From NCBI GenBank assembly GCA_965116905.1, contig OZ220732.1, positions 4,064,001 through 4,128,000 of the forward strand: 64,000 nt of DNA. The letters run 5' to 3'. The DNA comes from Longimicrobiales bacterium. Its GTDB lineage: Bacteria; Gemmatimonadota; Gemmatimonadetes; Longimicrobiales; Gaopeijiaceae. The translations under genes and the position numbers were made by a program. Under the pieces are notes generated by a model that was not told where the DNA came from, ran no database searches, and saw only the letters and a program-made list of their open reading frames with translations. Below, one piece after another: positions 1 through 10,988 of this stretch (positions are counted from its first letter, which is position 1; the number at the start of each line of letters is the position of its first letter).

Positions 1-1075
1 AGATCCGGTTGAACTCCATGATGTTCTTTTCCCTGCCCCCGTGGTGCGAGGCAGGATGGAAGGCCCGGTCCGAGCCGCTCTCGGGAAAGACGCGATTGGA
101 CGCGTCACGCCCGGTCTTGAAGGCCACGACGCGCGTCGTGTCGGTCTGGAACGCGAGCACCTGGAGATCGAACATGAGCCGCATGTGCTCGCGGAAGGAA
201 TCCGGCACCCCCGGAGGCGCGCCGGGCAGTTCCCGGGGCTCACCGCTGGTATTGCGCGCCTCAACCTGCTGGATTCGCCGTTCGATCTCGCGCACGCTCT
301 CCAGGTAGCGGTCGACGCGGCGGCGGTCGACGGCGCCGAGTTCGCGCCTGATGTCGGCCACTTCGCCCACCACCCAGTCCAGAATGCTCCGGTGCGTGTG
401 TCGCCGCCGCGCGCGCTCCTCGGCGGTGCCCCCCGCCCCGAAGAGCATGTCGAAAGCGGTCCGGGGACTGCGGATCATCGGGAGCGGCGTGGAAGGCGTC
501 GCCCAGCTGATCGAATCCGTGTACGAGCAGGAGTAGTTGTAGTCGCAGCCGCCCCCCTTGTCCGTCCGCTCGATACAGAGCTGAAGCGAGGGAAGCGCGG
601 TCTCCTGGCCGAACCGCTGGGCGTGCAGCTGGTCCAGTGACGTGCCGCAGTAGATGTCCGAGCCCTGGGTCTGCCTGGGATGTGCCTGCGTGAGGAAGAC
701 CGCGCTGGACCGGAAGTGGTCGCCGCCCACCTCCTGCGCCTCGAAGGCCTCCGCCATGCGCACGTCGGTGTTGCTCACGATGGTCAGGTAGTCCCGCCAC
801 GGCTCGAGCGCCTTCAGCACGTTGGCGTCGACCAGCTCGAAGTCGCGCCCCACCGTGGCGGGAGCGAAGAGATTCTGCTCGGCGCCCCACTCGTTGCAGC
901 CGGGCACGCCGTGGACCTCCTCGATGCACACCAGCCGCGTGGGCCGATCGGCCAGAGGCGCGGCGCGCAACCGTCCCGCGGGGAACATCGCGTCCAGCAG
1001 GGGAAGGGCGACCGTCGCGCCGGCGCCCCGGAGGAAGGTGCGGCGCGGCATCGACCTGGAGGTGATGAAATGCAT
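1..1075 (-). CDS. DUF1552 domain protein (partial, runs off window start)
   Basis: Manual translation from ATG 1075: MHFITSRSMPRRTFLRGAGATVALPLLDAM, the typical twin-arginine N-terminus of this family; lies downstream of a DUF1592 gene. Confidence 0.85.
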   Translation of the reverse strand, partial: MHFITSRSMPRRTFLRGAGATVALPLLDAMFPAGRLRAAPLADRPTRLVCIEEVHGVPGCNEWGAEQNLFAPATVGRDFELVDANVLKALEPWRDYLTIVSNTDVRMAEAFEAQEVGGDHFRSSAVFLTQAHPRQTQGSDIYCGTSLDQLHAQRFGQETALPSLQLCIERTDKGGGCDYNYSCSYTDSISWATPSTPLPMIRSPRTAFDMLFGAGGTAEERARRRHTHRSILDWVVGEVADIRRELGAVDRRRVDRYLESVREIERRIQQVEARNTSGEPRELPGAPPGVPDSFREHMRLMFDLQVLAFQTDTTRVVAFKTGRDASNRVFPESGSDRAFHPASHHGGREKNIMEFNRI

Positions 1076-1162
1076 GTCGGCTCCGTGTATCAGCTGCGCA
1101 CCCCGCTCAGGCGTCCACAGGGAATCTACGGCATGTCTGCGTCCGGGGCATGCGGCGCATCG

Positions 1163-3598
1163 TCACTCACGCGCCGATGCCCGTGCTTCCCTCATCCGGA
1201 AGGCGTCGCTGCCCACGACGCCCAGGATGAACGAAGACATCCGGTAGCCGTCTTCCGCCGCGGCGTTGGCGATAGCGCGCACGGCCGGCTGGTCCCGGTA
1301 GTCGATCGAGCGCCCGAGCGCGTATGCCATGAGGTTCTGGGTGAAGTTGCGCACCAGCGGAATCGGGCGCTTCAGCAGCACCTCCGACAGGTCGCGCGCG
1401 CTGGCGATGGATGTCCCGTCGTAGTACGTGCCGCGGGTGTCCAGCTCCGCTCCCTGCTCCCGAACGCGCCAGCGCCCGGTGACGTCGAAGTTGTCGAGCG
1501 CCAGCCCGATCGGGTCGATGAAGTTGTGGCACGACGAGCACGCCGGGTTGGCGCGATGCTCCTCGAGCCGTTCCCGCGTCGTGCGGATCCGGCCGTCCCG
1601 GGCGCTCTCCGTCTCCTCCAGCTCCGGGATGTCCGGGGGCGGGGGCGGTGGAGGGGCCCCCATCAGCACTTCCATGACCCACTTGCCGCGCAGCACCGGA
1701 GACGTGCGGTTCCCCAGCGATGTCTGCACCAGCATGCTCCCGTGCCCGAGAACGCCGCGCCGCCGGTCGTCGGGGTAGCGGACTCGCCGGAACGCTTCGC
1801 CGCGCACGCCATCGATACCGTAGTGCCGGGCGAGCCGCTCGTTCGCGAAGGTGTAGTCCGCGCCGTACAACTCGATGAGACTGCGGTCCTCGCGGACGAG
1901 GTCGAGGAAGAAGAGCTCGGTCTCCCGCCGCATGGCCTCGGCAAGCTGACGGCTGTAGTTGGGGAACCGGAAGGCGTCGGGCTCGACGTTTTCGACGTCC
2001 TGCAGGCGCAGCCACATCGCGGCAAACCGCGTCGCCAGCGCTTCGGCGCGCGGGTCCGCGAGCATGCGCCGTGCCTGCGCTTCGAGAACGGACGCGTCCT
2101 CGAGCGCGCCATCGCGTGCCGCCTCCGCAAGCTCCCGGTCCGGCGTGCTGCCCCACAGGAAGAAGGACAGGCGCGCCGCCAGGTCCTCGCCCGCGAGCGC
2201 ATACGACTCCCCCGGCTCGACACCGCCCGGCTCGCGCTCCATGCGGAACAGGAAGTGGGGACTCGAGAGAATCGCCTCCAGCGCGGTCCGGATCCCGGTT
2301 TCGAAGCCGCCATCCTCCGCGCCGAGCTCGTAGAAGTCGACGAGATCGCCGAGTTCGTCACGATCAAGGTCGCGGCCGTAGGCGCGGGCGGCCAGCCGCG
2401 ACAGGATCTGCTCGGCGCACGGCCGCTCTTCGGCGCGATCGGTGGGCCGGCAGGTGAAAACACGCCGCCGCGCCTCGAAGTCCGACACGCCCGTGGGGTT
2501 GTGCGGACCCTCCAGGGTCAGGCTCATGAGGTGGGGGACCGAGGTCGTGCCGTAGCTGGTCTCCGTTCCCGTGAGCGACCAGTCGTGGGGCCGGATCAGG
2601 TCTTCATACGGTCCGTCCATCTGGCGCACGAAGGCCGCCGTCACGCGATGCTCCCCGGCGCGCACCAGCACGGGGTCGGTGCGGAAGGGGAAGTCCTTGC
2701 GCCCCTGGAAGTCGATGTCCCCCCCGTAGCGGAGCAGCGCCACCCGCTCGCCGTCGATCGAGATGTCGATGTCGTGGAAGCGCTCGCCCCATCCGGACAT
2801 GAAGGACATCTCGAAGGTGTACTCGCCGTCCGCCGGGAAGGAGTGGAGGACGCTGATCCCGCCCCGGGTGCCGAACGGCGCCCCTTCCACGCGTTCCCAC
2901 TCGTGCTGGGAGACGGTCGGCGGGTTGGTGTACGTGACCGAGGACGCCGCCGCGTCGCGGTCGCCGACGGCGCGCCGCGCGATCTCGCTCGCCGCGTTCA
3001 GGTACGCGTCCATCAGGGTGGCCGACAGCGTCTGGGCATCGGCGTTGTTGTCGAAGCCCGCCGTGATCCGGTCCTGCGGCAGCCACTCCGCGGGGTCGAT
3101 GGTGAGCCCGAACAGGTCGTACACGACCCGCGCGTACTCGGCGCGATTCAGGCGCTGGAAGGGCCGGGTGCCGGGCCGGGGACTGTCGGCGGCCGCATCG
3201 TCGATCACCTCCTCCATGAGGCCCGCCAGCGCGGACAGCGTGTCGCCGGCCGGCCTGCGAACACCCGGTGGCGGCATCATGCCGGCGCGCAGCTTGCGGA
3301 TCATGCGCTCCGCGGTCTCGGCGTTCTCGTCCGCGCGGGTGACGTCGAAGCCCTCGAGCGTCAGGTTGCCCAGGAGCCGGCGTTCGTTGTGGCACCGAGT
3401 ACAGTAGCGTTCGACGACCTCGGCAAGCGCCGCGGGGTCGGAAGCGGAGAGCGGCCGCACGGGCGCGGCGGGTACTGGAGCGGGTCCCTCGAGCGTCTGC
3501 GGAGATCCGGCGAGCGAATGCACCGCAACGGGTGTCGCGTACGTCCCCGCTACCAGGGTGGCGCCGCCCAGAGCGGCGAGAAGGAAGGCCTTCTTCAT
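1163..3598 (-). CDS. DUF1592/DUF1588 family cytochrome-c-like protein
   Basis: CTRCH and CSSCH heme motifs, RLNRAEY, LSFFLW, TSPVLRGKWV; signal peptide from MKKAFLL (3598). Confidence 0.9.
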   Translation of the reverse strand: MKKAFLLAALGGATLVAGTYATPVAVHSLAGSPQTLEGPAPVPAAPVRPLSASDPAALAEVVERYCTRCHNERRLLGNLTLEGFDVTRADENAETAERMIRKLRAGMMPPPGVRRPAGDTLSALAGLMEEVIDDAAADSPRPGTRPFQRLNRAEYARVVYDLFGLTIDPAEWLPQDRITAGFDNNADAQTLSATLMDAYLNAASEIARRAVGDRDAAASSVTYTNPPTVSQHEWERVEGAPFGTRGGISVLHSFPADGEYTFEMSFMSGWGERFHDIDISIDGERVALLRYGGDIDFQGRKDFPFRTDPVLVRAGEHRVTAAFVRQMDGPYEDLIRPHDWSLTGTETSYGTTSVPHLMSLTLEGPHNPTGVSDFEARRRVFTCRPTDRAEERPCAEQILSRLAARAYGRDLDRDELGDLVDFYELGAEDGGFETGIRTALEAILSSPHFLFRMEREPGGVEPGESYALAGEDLAARLSFFLWGSTPDRELAEAARDGALEDASVLEAQARRMLADPRAEALATRFAAMWLRLQDVENVEPDAFRFPNYSRQLAEAMRRETELFFLDLVREDRSLIELYGADYTFANERLARHYGIDGVRGEAFRRVRYPDDRRRGVLGHGSMLVQTSLGNRTSPVLRGKWVMEVLMGAPPPPPPPDIPELEETESARDGRIRTTRERLEEHRANPACSSCHNFIDPIGLALDNFDVTGRWRVREQGAELDTRGTYYDGTSIASARDLSEVLLKRPIPLVRNFTQNLMAYALGRSIDYRDQPAVRAIANAAAEDGYRMSSFILGVVGSDAFRMREARASARE

Positions 3599-3944
3599 TC
3601 GCGTTCGTCCCAGCGGCGTGTTCGGGGGCCCTTGACCCTGCCAAGGTAGAAACCCCGACCTGACCTGTCCATTGTCGCCCTGACCGGCAGCCGAGCGCCC
3701 TGGGGGCGGTGATGAGGCGCATCCTGGGGCACCCCCGCGCGAACCAACAGAGACGGTGTCCTGACGCCGGACGAGGAAACAGCTCTGCACGACTTCTTCG
3801 AGGCCCTGCGCGGAATCGACCGAAGACTGGGACGAGGAGTGGCGGACGGGCTAAAGCTGTCCTGCGCGCGGCTGCTGGAGGCGCCCGACGGCGGGAGCGG
3901 CTGAGCGGCACCGAACCATCCGGACGGAGCCAGGCGTCAACGCG

Positions 3945-6900
3945 TCACCGCTCAAGGCGTGCCGCGGCCGTGCCGGCCAGTGCAAGCGCCCGCATCGCCA
4001 ACCGCCATTCCAGGACGGGAGGGGCGTCGGCACGTGGGCGAACCGCTTCCTGACGGTCGGACATGAATGCGGAAACTGCGTCGTCCAGCGCCACACCCGG
4101 ATTGCCGCCGACGATCTCGAGAGCGGCGATTGCGAGAAGATCGCCGATGGCCGCAGCGGTCTCCGACCCGTTGCCCATCGTTCCCGCAACGGCCTCGAAA
4201 GCCTGCAGCGCCGTGCGACGGTCGTCCGCCAGCGTGGCCACCACACCGAGCAGATACCTCACCAGGCGCTCGTCCGGCTCGAAGGGCCGTCCCTGCCCGA
4301 GCGACTCGGGCCACAGCAGCGCGGCCTCGAGGTGGCTGCGCGCCGCCGCGTGATTGCTCGCGTCGATCTCATCGAGCGCCGTGCCGACATGCGCGAGTTC
4401 GTACAGATGGTGGCTCTCGCGTGCGTTTTCGGAGGGAAGGACGTGCGTGCCGGCAAGGATGTCGATGGCCTCGCGGTAGCCGCCCAGATTGAGCAGCGCG
4501 CGGACCTGCAGGAGGGCCAGGTTGAAGTCGTCCGGGAAGATCTCGCGGGCCCGGGCCGACGACTCCAGCGCGGCCGCCCAGCGCCCTTCGCCCTGCAGGT
4601 AGCGAATCAACGCGACCCGCAGGATCCGATCTTCCGGGGCCAGCTCGACCGCGCGTGTGAAGTCGAGCCCAGGGTCGCGGTCGTCCACCTCGCGAAGCAG
4701 GTGGCCACGCGCGGCGTACGCCGGGCCATGCGTGGGTTCGGCCCCGAGCAGCTCGAGCGCCAGGGCCGCTTCCGACTTGCGGTCCAGGGCCCACAGGTTG
4801 AGGCCGAGCAGGTATCGCCAGCCCCAGTGGCTGTCGTGGCGCGCGGCCCAGCGCAAGACGGGAAGGGTCTCGACGCGGAAGGGAAAGGCGTACGCCAGGT
4901 CACCCGGTTCACCGAGCAATGCCGGGTCGTCCGCCAGAAACGCCCGCCAAGCGTGAATCAGCGGCATCGCGGCGCCCACCCGTAGCTCTTCGCCAGCCCC
5001 TGGACCCTCGCCTCCGCCGGCCAACTGCGGCCAGGACCGCCCCCACCTGGCATTCGCGGCCACATCCAGGACGGACATCGCATCCTCGTCGAGCCCCCAG
5101 CCGGCATAGCCCACCGCAAGCTCCAGGAGGGACTGGTCCGGGTATTCGCTCTGCATCGCGGCGGTCAGCGCGGCCGCGTTGTCGGCGGTCGCGTCCGCGA
5201 GGTAGCGCTCCGCCAGCACGAAGTGGTGCAGCGGATCGATCTCCAGCAGGGCATCATGCGCCTCCCTGGCCGCCGCCGGGTCGCCCGAGAGCCGGCCGAG
5301 CACCGCGAGCAGCTGCCAGGCAGGCACGCTGTTGCGGTCGAAGTCGAGCGCCATCCGTGCGTACCTCCCGGCCTCCCCCCACTCCCCCGCCCCGGTCATG
5401 ATCTCGGCCAGGCGCACGTTCGCCGCGGTCCGGAACGCCACCGCGCGGGCCGCCCACCCGAAGGCCTCACGGGCGTCCACGTCACGCCCCAGGGCCCGGT
5501 AGAGGTTCCCGGCCATGAAGTTCGCCGCCGCGTCGTACGTGTCGAGCTGCAGCGCACGGCGGGCGTGCTCCAGTCCCTCCTCGTAGCGCGCCGACCTCAG
5601 GTCCAGATCGGCCATTCCCAGCAGCGCACCCCGATTCCAAGGCTCCAGCGCGGCCGCCGCCTCGAACAGCCCGCGCGCCTGCCCATATCGCCGCCCCTTC
5701 GCCAGCTCCCGTCCCTGGAAGACGAGCCGGTCCGCTTCGGGCAAGCGCTCCCAGGCCTCGGAATCCATCTCGAAGGGACGATCCAGCGCCAGGACCGCAG
5801 GGTCCGACGAGTAGTCCAGGTCCAGCACGGGCAGCACCACCCGGTACGCGCGCCCGGCGTCGATCCCGAAGCTCGTCCGGAACGGCTCCAGCGCGGTCAG
5901 ATCGACGGGCTCGGCCGCGACCAGTTCGTCGCCCGACCATACCCGCACCGTGTCCGTCACGTCGCCGAACGCCTGCACCGTCACGGCAACGCTCGCCCCG
6001 CCATCCTCGAGCACCACGTGCATCGCCCCCTCGCGCGATGCGTCGGTGAGGCCGCCCGTCCCCTCCAGCGGGAACCAGGTTTCGGTCCACACGCTCGCCG
6101 AAATGGGATCGAAAGCGGCCTGGGTGACCGGGTTCACATGGTCGCCCGGCTGGTACTGGACCAGGAGTCGTCCCGCCTGGAACTCCACGTACTGGCCGTC
6201 GGTGTCGGTCAGGAGGTCTTCCCAGATCCCGCCGTCACGCGCCAGCGACCAGAGCCACATCTTCTGCCCCGGCATGTCCTCGTAGCGGGCCCAGTGCCCC
6301 CAGCCGTAGTCGTCGTCGTGGTAGTAGCCGCCGAAGAAGTCGTTCAGCTCGCCGACCACGTGATACGACTTGTTGCCGCCGAACGCGTTGTTCCGGTACA
6401 GCGGCAGGAAGCGGCCCGCCTCGTCGACGGGCCACGGACGCTCGCGCCCCGAATGCTCCAGGTAGGAGCCCCCGGGCACGAAGAGCTCGAGGTCGTCCTG
6501 CGCGAACGCCGCCGCGGTCATCCAGTTGTAGTACGGCTGCTCGAGGGGCGTCGGATTGTACCACAGCGCGTGGGTCTCGAAGTAGGCCTTGTCCGCGGGC
6601 AGCCGGATCTCGACCCGCCAGTGCGTCCGCGAGGGCAGGTCCATGGCACCCACGAAGGTGCTCACGCTCCCGTCCGCGTTTTCGCGCACCGTGTAGTCGA
6701 CCGGCGTGGCGGTAGCCGGGGTGTGGCCGATGACGCCGAAATTGAACTCGACGCCGCCCGAGGTCCACGGTCCGCGCAGCGCGATGTCGCGGAATTTCAT
6801 GACCTCGTTGCGGTAGATGAACTCGTGCCCCGTCTCCTTCACCACCGCGCCCCACACCTTCCCGCCCGCCTCGGGAAGGACGAACACCTCGATCAGGTCG

Positions 6901-7235
6901 TTCTCCATCCTCACGACCTTCCATTCCCGGGGCTCGGAGGTCGGCGAGTAGCCGCGGAAGGCGTGATAGGGATACAGCCGCGGATCGCCGGCCAGGATCG
7001 GGATGGGGTCGGGGTCGGAGAACGGATAGGTGTCGAGCACGCGGACTTCCTCCGAAATGCGTGCCTGGGCCGCAGCCTGCTGCACCCCGGTGGAGGCCTG
7101 GTGCACCCCGGCCGCCGCCTGCTGCACCCCGCCGGCCGCCGATGCCGAGCCCGCGAGCCCGGCCGCCGACAGAACCAGCCCGCACGCGCCGGCGCAACGC
7201 CCGCGGATCGCGGAAAACCGTCGGATCATACTCAT
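3945..7235 (-). CDS. DUF5107 domain + TPR repeat protein
   Basis: N-terminal ENDLIEVFVLPEAGGK and RGPWTSGGVEFNF; C-terminal helical TPR-like repeats; signal peptide. Confidence 0.8.
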   Translation of the reverse strand: MSMIRRFSAIRGRCAGACGLVLSAAGLAGSASAAGGVQQAAAGVHQASTGVQQAAAQARISEEVRVLDTYPFSDPDPIPILAGDPRLYPYHAFRGYSPTSEPREWKVVRMENDLIEVFVLPEAGGKVWGAVVKETGHEFIYRNEVMKFRDIALRGPWTSGGVEFNFGVIGHTPATATPVDYTVRENADGSVSTFVGAMDLPSRTHWRVEIRLPADKAYFETHALWYNPTPLEQPYYNWMTAAAFAQDDLELFVPGGSYLEHSGRERPWPVDEAGRFLPLYRNNAFGGNKSYHVVGELNDFFGGYYHDDDYGWGHWARYEDMPGQKMWLWSLARDGGIWEDLLTDTDGQYVEFQAGRLLVQYQPGDHVNPVTQAAFDPISASVWTETWFPLEGTGGLTDASREGAMHVVLEDGGASVAVTVQAFGDVTDTVRVWSGDELVAAEPVDLTALEPFRTSFGIDAGRAYRVVLPVLDLDYSSDPAVLALDRPFEMDSEAWERLPEADRLVFQGRELAKGRRYGQARGLFEAAAALEPWNRGALLGMADLDLRSARYEEGLEHARRALQLDTYDAAANFMAGNLYRALGRDVDAREAFGWAARAVAFRTAANVRLAEIMTGAGEWGEAGRYARMALDFDRNSVPAWQLLAVLGRLSGDPAAAREAHDALLEIDPLHHFVLAERYLADATADNAAALTAAMQSEYPDQSLLELAVGYAGWGLDEDAMSVLDVAANARWGRSWPQLAGGGEGPGAGEELRVGAAMPLIHAWRAFLADDPALLGEPGDLAYAFPFRVETLPVLRWAARHDSHWGWRYLLGLNLWALDRKSEAALALELLGAEPTHGPAYAARGHLLREVDDRDPGLDFTRAVELAPEDRILRVALIRYLQGEGRWAAALESSARAREIFPDDFNLALLQVRALLNLGGYREAIDILAGTHVLPSENARESHHLYELAHVGTALDEIDASNHAAARSHLEAALLWPESLGQGRPFEPDERLVRYLLGVVATLADDRRTALQAFEAVAGTMGNGSETAAAIGDLLAIAALEIVGGNPGVALDDAVSAFMSDRQEAVRPRADAPPVLEWRLAMRALALAGTAAARLER

Positions 7236-7273
7236 ATCGTACTCATCTGATACTCATCTCAGCCCTCCAGCCC

Positions 7274-9682
7274 TCAGCCCGGTGGCGGCTGAATCTGGTA
7301 GTCCGGCGGCGGATCCATCCCCATGAGGTGTTCCACGAAGTAGTCCCAGCGGCGCCGGATCACGTAGGGCTCCGAGAGGCCGTGCGCCCGGTCCGGCAGG
7401 ATCAGGAAGTCGAAGGTCTTGTTGGCCGCGATCAGCGCGTTGGCGACCTGCAGCGTCATCGCGGGATGCACGTTGTCGTCCATGTCCCCCGTCATGAGGA
7501 AGAGCTTGCCCTTGAGGTTGCCCGCCAGCGACGCGTTCACCTGGTTCGCGTAGTTGTCGGTCCCCTTGATCGTGTCGCGTACCAGCAGGCCCTGGTACTT
7601 CTCGGCGTACGCGGCGTGGTAGCTGCGGTTGTCGTGATTGCCGGCGGTGGACACGGCGACCTTGTAGAAGTCCGGGTAGCGGAGGATCGCGTCGGTCGAG
7701 GCGAACCCGCCGCCGGAATGCCCGTAGATGCCCACCCGCTCCAGGTCGATCCAGGGGTGGCGGGCGCCCAGCTGCTTGACGCCCGCGATGTGATCGGGGA
7801 TCCCGTTGTCGCCCATGTTGCCCCAGTAGTTGTCCTGGATGGCCTTCGAGCGGTAGGGGGTCCCCAGGTGGTCCATCTGCACCACGATGAACCCGAGTTC
7901 GGCCAGCGCGTCCTGGTCGCCGCGCAGCGCGGAGCCCAGCAGCCCTCCGGTGAAATTCCACCGTCCCACGCTACCGATGAACGGACCCGGGTAGATGTAT
8001 TCCACGACCGGATAGACCTTCTCGGGGTCGAAGTCGGAGGGCTTGTAGATCAGCCCGTACATGCTCGTCACGCCGTCGCGGGCCTTGTATTCGAAGACTT
8101 CGGGCGCTGACCACCCCACCTCCTCGAGGCGTGAGACGTCCGCGGTCTCCAGTTCGAGGACCACGCGGCCGTTGCGGTCCCGCACCACGCTGACCGGCGG
8201 GAGGTCGGGCCGCGACCAGGAGTCGACGAAGTAGCGGCCGTCGGGGCTGGCGCTCACCGTGTGGTCCGCGTCCTCGCCGCCGAGATGGGTCAGTCCCGAG
8301 CCGTCCAGGTTGACCGTGTACAGGTCGGCCATGGTGGGGATGCGTCCCGGTTCTCTGCCCCGCGCCGTGAAGACGATGCGCCCGGTGGCTTCGTCGATGT
8401 CGAGTATGTCGCCGAAGGTCCATGCGCCTTCCGTGATGCGGTTCCGCAGTTCGCCGTTGCCGTCGAACCGGTACAGGTGCCCCCAGCCGTCCCGCTCCGA
8501 GAACCAGATCACGTCGTCGCCGCCGTTGATGACGTCCCAGTTGGGGTAGCCGCCGATCAGGTCGAGGTTGAGTTCGACGTGCGTGGCGCGGGTCTCCTCG
8601 ATGATCGTGCGAGCCGCGCCCGTCTCCAGGTCGGCCTCGTACAGCGTGACGCTCTTGCCGCCCCGGGATCCCCGCACGTAGTACAGGCGCTCTCCGCCCT
8701 CCTTCCACTTCACCGTCACCCAGGTGGAATCCCGCATGCCCGTGGCGGTGAAGGTCATGTACGGTTGCGGATCGGTCTGTAGCTTGAGGTTGCCGCCATC
8801 TTCCACGTCGATCACGTGGATGTCGAAGGTCCCGATGATCGAGTCCCCCGGGAGCCCGTACGGGTAGGTGTAGAGCTTGGGCCGCTGGGGGGTGGAGGAG
8901 ATGATCGGCATCCGCTCCACGTTGCGCTCGTCCATGCGCTGGACCGCGATCCGCCGGGAGTCGGGGGACCACTGGAGGACCGGCCGTGCCGGAATCGACG
9001 CGATGATCTGCGAGGGGCGCGGAGCCGTGGTGCCGTAGGACCAGAACTCTTCCCCGTCGGTGGTCAGCTGCGTCGAGTCGCCGCCTTCGACGGAACGGAT
9101 CCACAGATTGTGCTCGTGCACGAAGGCCTCGGTGCGGCCATCCGGGGAGCGCACGAACGGAACGCGGCTGACCAGGGTGTCGCCGACCACGCAGTCGTAG
9201 GCGCGGATGTCGCAGGTGAACCCGCGCTCGTTGGCGTTGAAGCGGATGGTGCCCTCGTCGGCCGCCGCCCCGTTGGCCGCTCCCCCGTCGGCCGCTCCCC
9301 CGTCGGCCTCGCCGAACTCGAAGGTGCGAAACGGCAGCTTGCTCCCGTCGAAGGCGGTGTCCGCGGCGAGCGACATGGCAGCCGCCAGCCGGTTGTGGTC
9401 GAAGAGCAGCGTCCGTGAGCGCTGTTCCGGATCGGCCACGACGAATTCCGCCCCGGATGCCGTCTGGTTGCGGTACCAGAAGCGGCTTCCGCCCGCCATC
9501 CATGTCGGCGACACCGGGCCCCCGCTGATGAGCGGATCGACGTTCCAGGCCAGCAGGCGCTCTGCTCGGTGGTAGCGGGTGACATCCATCTGCTGGGCGG
9601 ACGCCAGGCTCGCCGTCGAACCCGGGCCTAAGGCGGCCATGAGGACGAGCGGAAGGCGGAAAGACCGGACTCTGGGCCGCAT
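7274..9682 (-). CDS. S9B dipeptidyl-peptidase IV family protein
   Basis: GHSGG nucleophile, DDNVH, C-terminal His; DPP IV N-terminal propeller; start codon uncertain. Confidence 0.9.
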   Translation of the reverse strand: MRPRVRSFRLPLVLMAALGPGSTASLASAQQMDVTRYHRAERLLAWNVDPLISGGPVSPTWMAGGSRFWYRNQTASGAEFVVADPEQRSRTLLFDHNRLAAAMSLAADTAFDGSKLPFRTFEFGEADGGAADGGAANGAAADEGTIRFNANERGFTCDIRAYDCVVGDTLVSRVPFVRSPDGRTEAFVHEHNLWIRSVEGGDSTQLTTDGEEFWSYGTTAPRPSQIIASIPARPVLQWSPDSRRIAVQRMDERNVERMPIISSTPQRPKLYTYPYGLPGDSIIGTFDIHVIDVEDGGNLKLQTDPQPYMTFTATGMRDSTWVTVKWKEGGERLYYVRGSRGGKSVTLYEADLETGAARTIIEETRATHVELNLDLIGGYPNWDVINGGDDVIWFSERDGWGHLYRFDGNGELRNRITEGAWTFGDILDIDEATGRIVFTARGREPGRIPTMADLYTVNLDGSGLTHLGGEDADHTVSASPDGRYFVDSWSRPDLPPVSVVRDRNGRVVLELETADVSRLEEVGWSAPEVFEYKARDGVTSMYGLIYKPSDFDPEKVYPVVEYIYPGPFIGSVGRWNFTGGLLGSALRGDQDALAELGFIVVQMDHLGTPYRSKAIQDNYWGNMGDNGIPDHIAGVKQLGARHPWIDLERVGIYGHSGGGFASTDAILRYPDFYKVAVSTAGNHDNRSYHAAYAEKYQGLLVRDTIKGTDNYANQVNASLAGNLKGKLFLMTGDMDDNVHPAMTLQVANALIAANKTFDFLILPDRAHGLSEPYVIRRRWDYFVEHLMGMDPPPDYQIQPPPG

Positions 9683-9871
9683 TTCGGTGCTCCTGTGGAC
9701 TCGATGGGGCTTTGGACGGAACCGACAGGCCCTCGATGGACATTTCGGTGTCTCCATGCATGTATTCTCCTGTTGAAGGCGGATCGTCAAGCGGGAAGGG
9801 CGATTCGCGGGGCACCGCAGACGGACGGTCCGGCGTCGCGGGCAGCGTCACCGGGAAAGGGGGACAGGCGA

Positions 9872-10513
9872 ATGAGCAAGCACCTGTGGGGAGGATGGAC
9901 CTTCCTGGCCACCGTCGCCCTTGCGGTCTGCGGTCCCCCGGCCCACGCCCAGAACCTCGGCCGGCTCACCGGCGGCTTCGCGGGCCGGACGCAATCGGAA
10001 ATGCTCTGGAGCCCGCCGGTGGAGACTTCACTGCGCTCCGGCTTCCTGGCGGGCGCGTTCGCCGATGTCCCCACCCCTGTCTCCTGGTTGCGGATGAGGG
10101 CGGACGGCGGACTGGCCCAGCGCGGAGGCTTCGTGTCGACCGACACCCGCGGCAACCCGGTCGACGGGGAGGTGCGAGGCGACTACCTGAGCGTCCACAT
10201 CGAGGCCAAGGCGGGTGTGTCGCTCGGGCCCGCGCATGTGTTCGCGGCGGCGGGACCCGTCATCGACTACCTGTTGCGCAACCGGGAGGATCCCGTGCTG
10301 GCGCAGGTGTTCACGGAGGAGCGCGGAACGGTTCTGGGCGTCGCGGCGGGAGCCGGCCTCGGCGTGCGCGTGATGCGCGCCTGGGTGATCGAGGCGGAAG
10401 CGCGCTGGGTGAGAGGGCTGAGCGAGGCATACTCGGGCTCGGGCCTGCAGGTGCGGAACCGGTCGCGGGAGTGGGTCGTGCGCCTCTCGCGCGTGGCCGG
10501 GGACTCCGGGTGA
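9872..10513 (+). CDS. Outer-membrane beta-barrel (porin-like) protein
   Basis: Signal peptide ending AHA-Q, alternating beta-strand pattern. Confidence 0.6.
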   Translation: MSKHLWGGWTFLATVALAVCGPPAHAQNLGRLTGGFAGRTQSEMLWSPPVETSLRSGFLAGAFADVPTPVSWLRMRADGGLAQRGGFVSTDTRGNPVDGEVRGDYLSVHIEAKAGVSLGPAHVFAAAGPVIDYLLRNREDPVLAQVFTEERGTVLGVAAGAGLGVRVMRAWVIEAEARWVRGLSEAYSGSGLQVRNRSREWVVRLSRVAGDSG

Positions 10514-10574
10514 CTGCCATTGACATGCAACCGTTTAGTTGCTGCGATTCCACCTGCACGGAGAGGACTGACAG

Positions 10575-10988
10575 ATGAGCGAGCGCATGGTCGAGAAAGT
10601 GCTGGAACTCGACGTTCCGGTGGAGCGCGTGTGGCGTGCGATCACGGATCCAGGCGAGTTGGCGCGCTGGTTCGGGGACGAAGCCGAGGTCGACCTGCGG
10701 CCAGGGGGCGACGCGGCCATGATCTGGGAAAACCACGGCCGCTATGCGATGCGCATCGAAACGGTCGATCCGCCGCGACGGCTGGTCTGGAGCTGGCTAC
10801 ACGAGCCGGGTGCGGCCTTCGAGGAGGCCTCCGCGACCCGGGTCCAGTGGACGCTGACGCCGCGCGACGACGGCGGCACCACGCTGCACCTGCTCGAAAC
10901 CGGCTTCAGGACCGATCTGCACCGCGGACAGAACGACGAGGGATGGGACGCGGAGCTGGGCGAGCTGGCTCAGCTGCTGCGAGGTTAG
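10575..10988 (+). CDS. SRPBCC/AHSA1 domain protein
   Basis: PVERVWRAITDP..LARWF, DLRPGG, EGW. Confidence 0.9.
   Translation: MSERMVEKVLELDVPVERVWRAITDPGELARWFGDEAEVDLRPGGDAAMIWENHGRYAMRIETVDPPRRLVWSWLHEPGAAFEEASATRVQWTLTPRDDGGTTLHLLETGFRTDLHRGQNDEGWDAELGELAQLLRG

Noticed and set aside
3716..3904. Protein-like frame RDGVLTPDEETALHDFFEALRGIDRRLG
   Set aside because: No convincing start or recognisable family; at most a gene remnant
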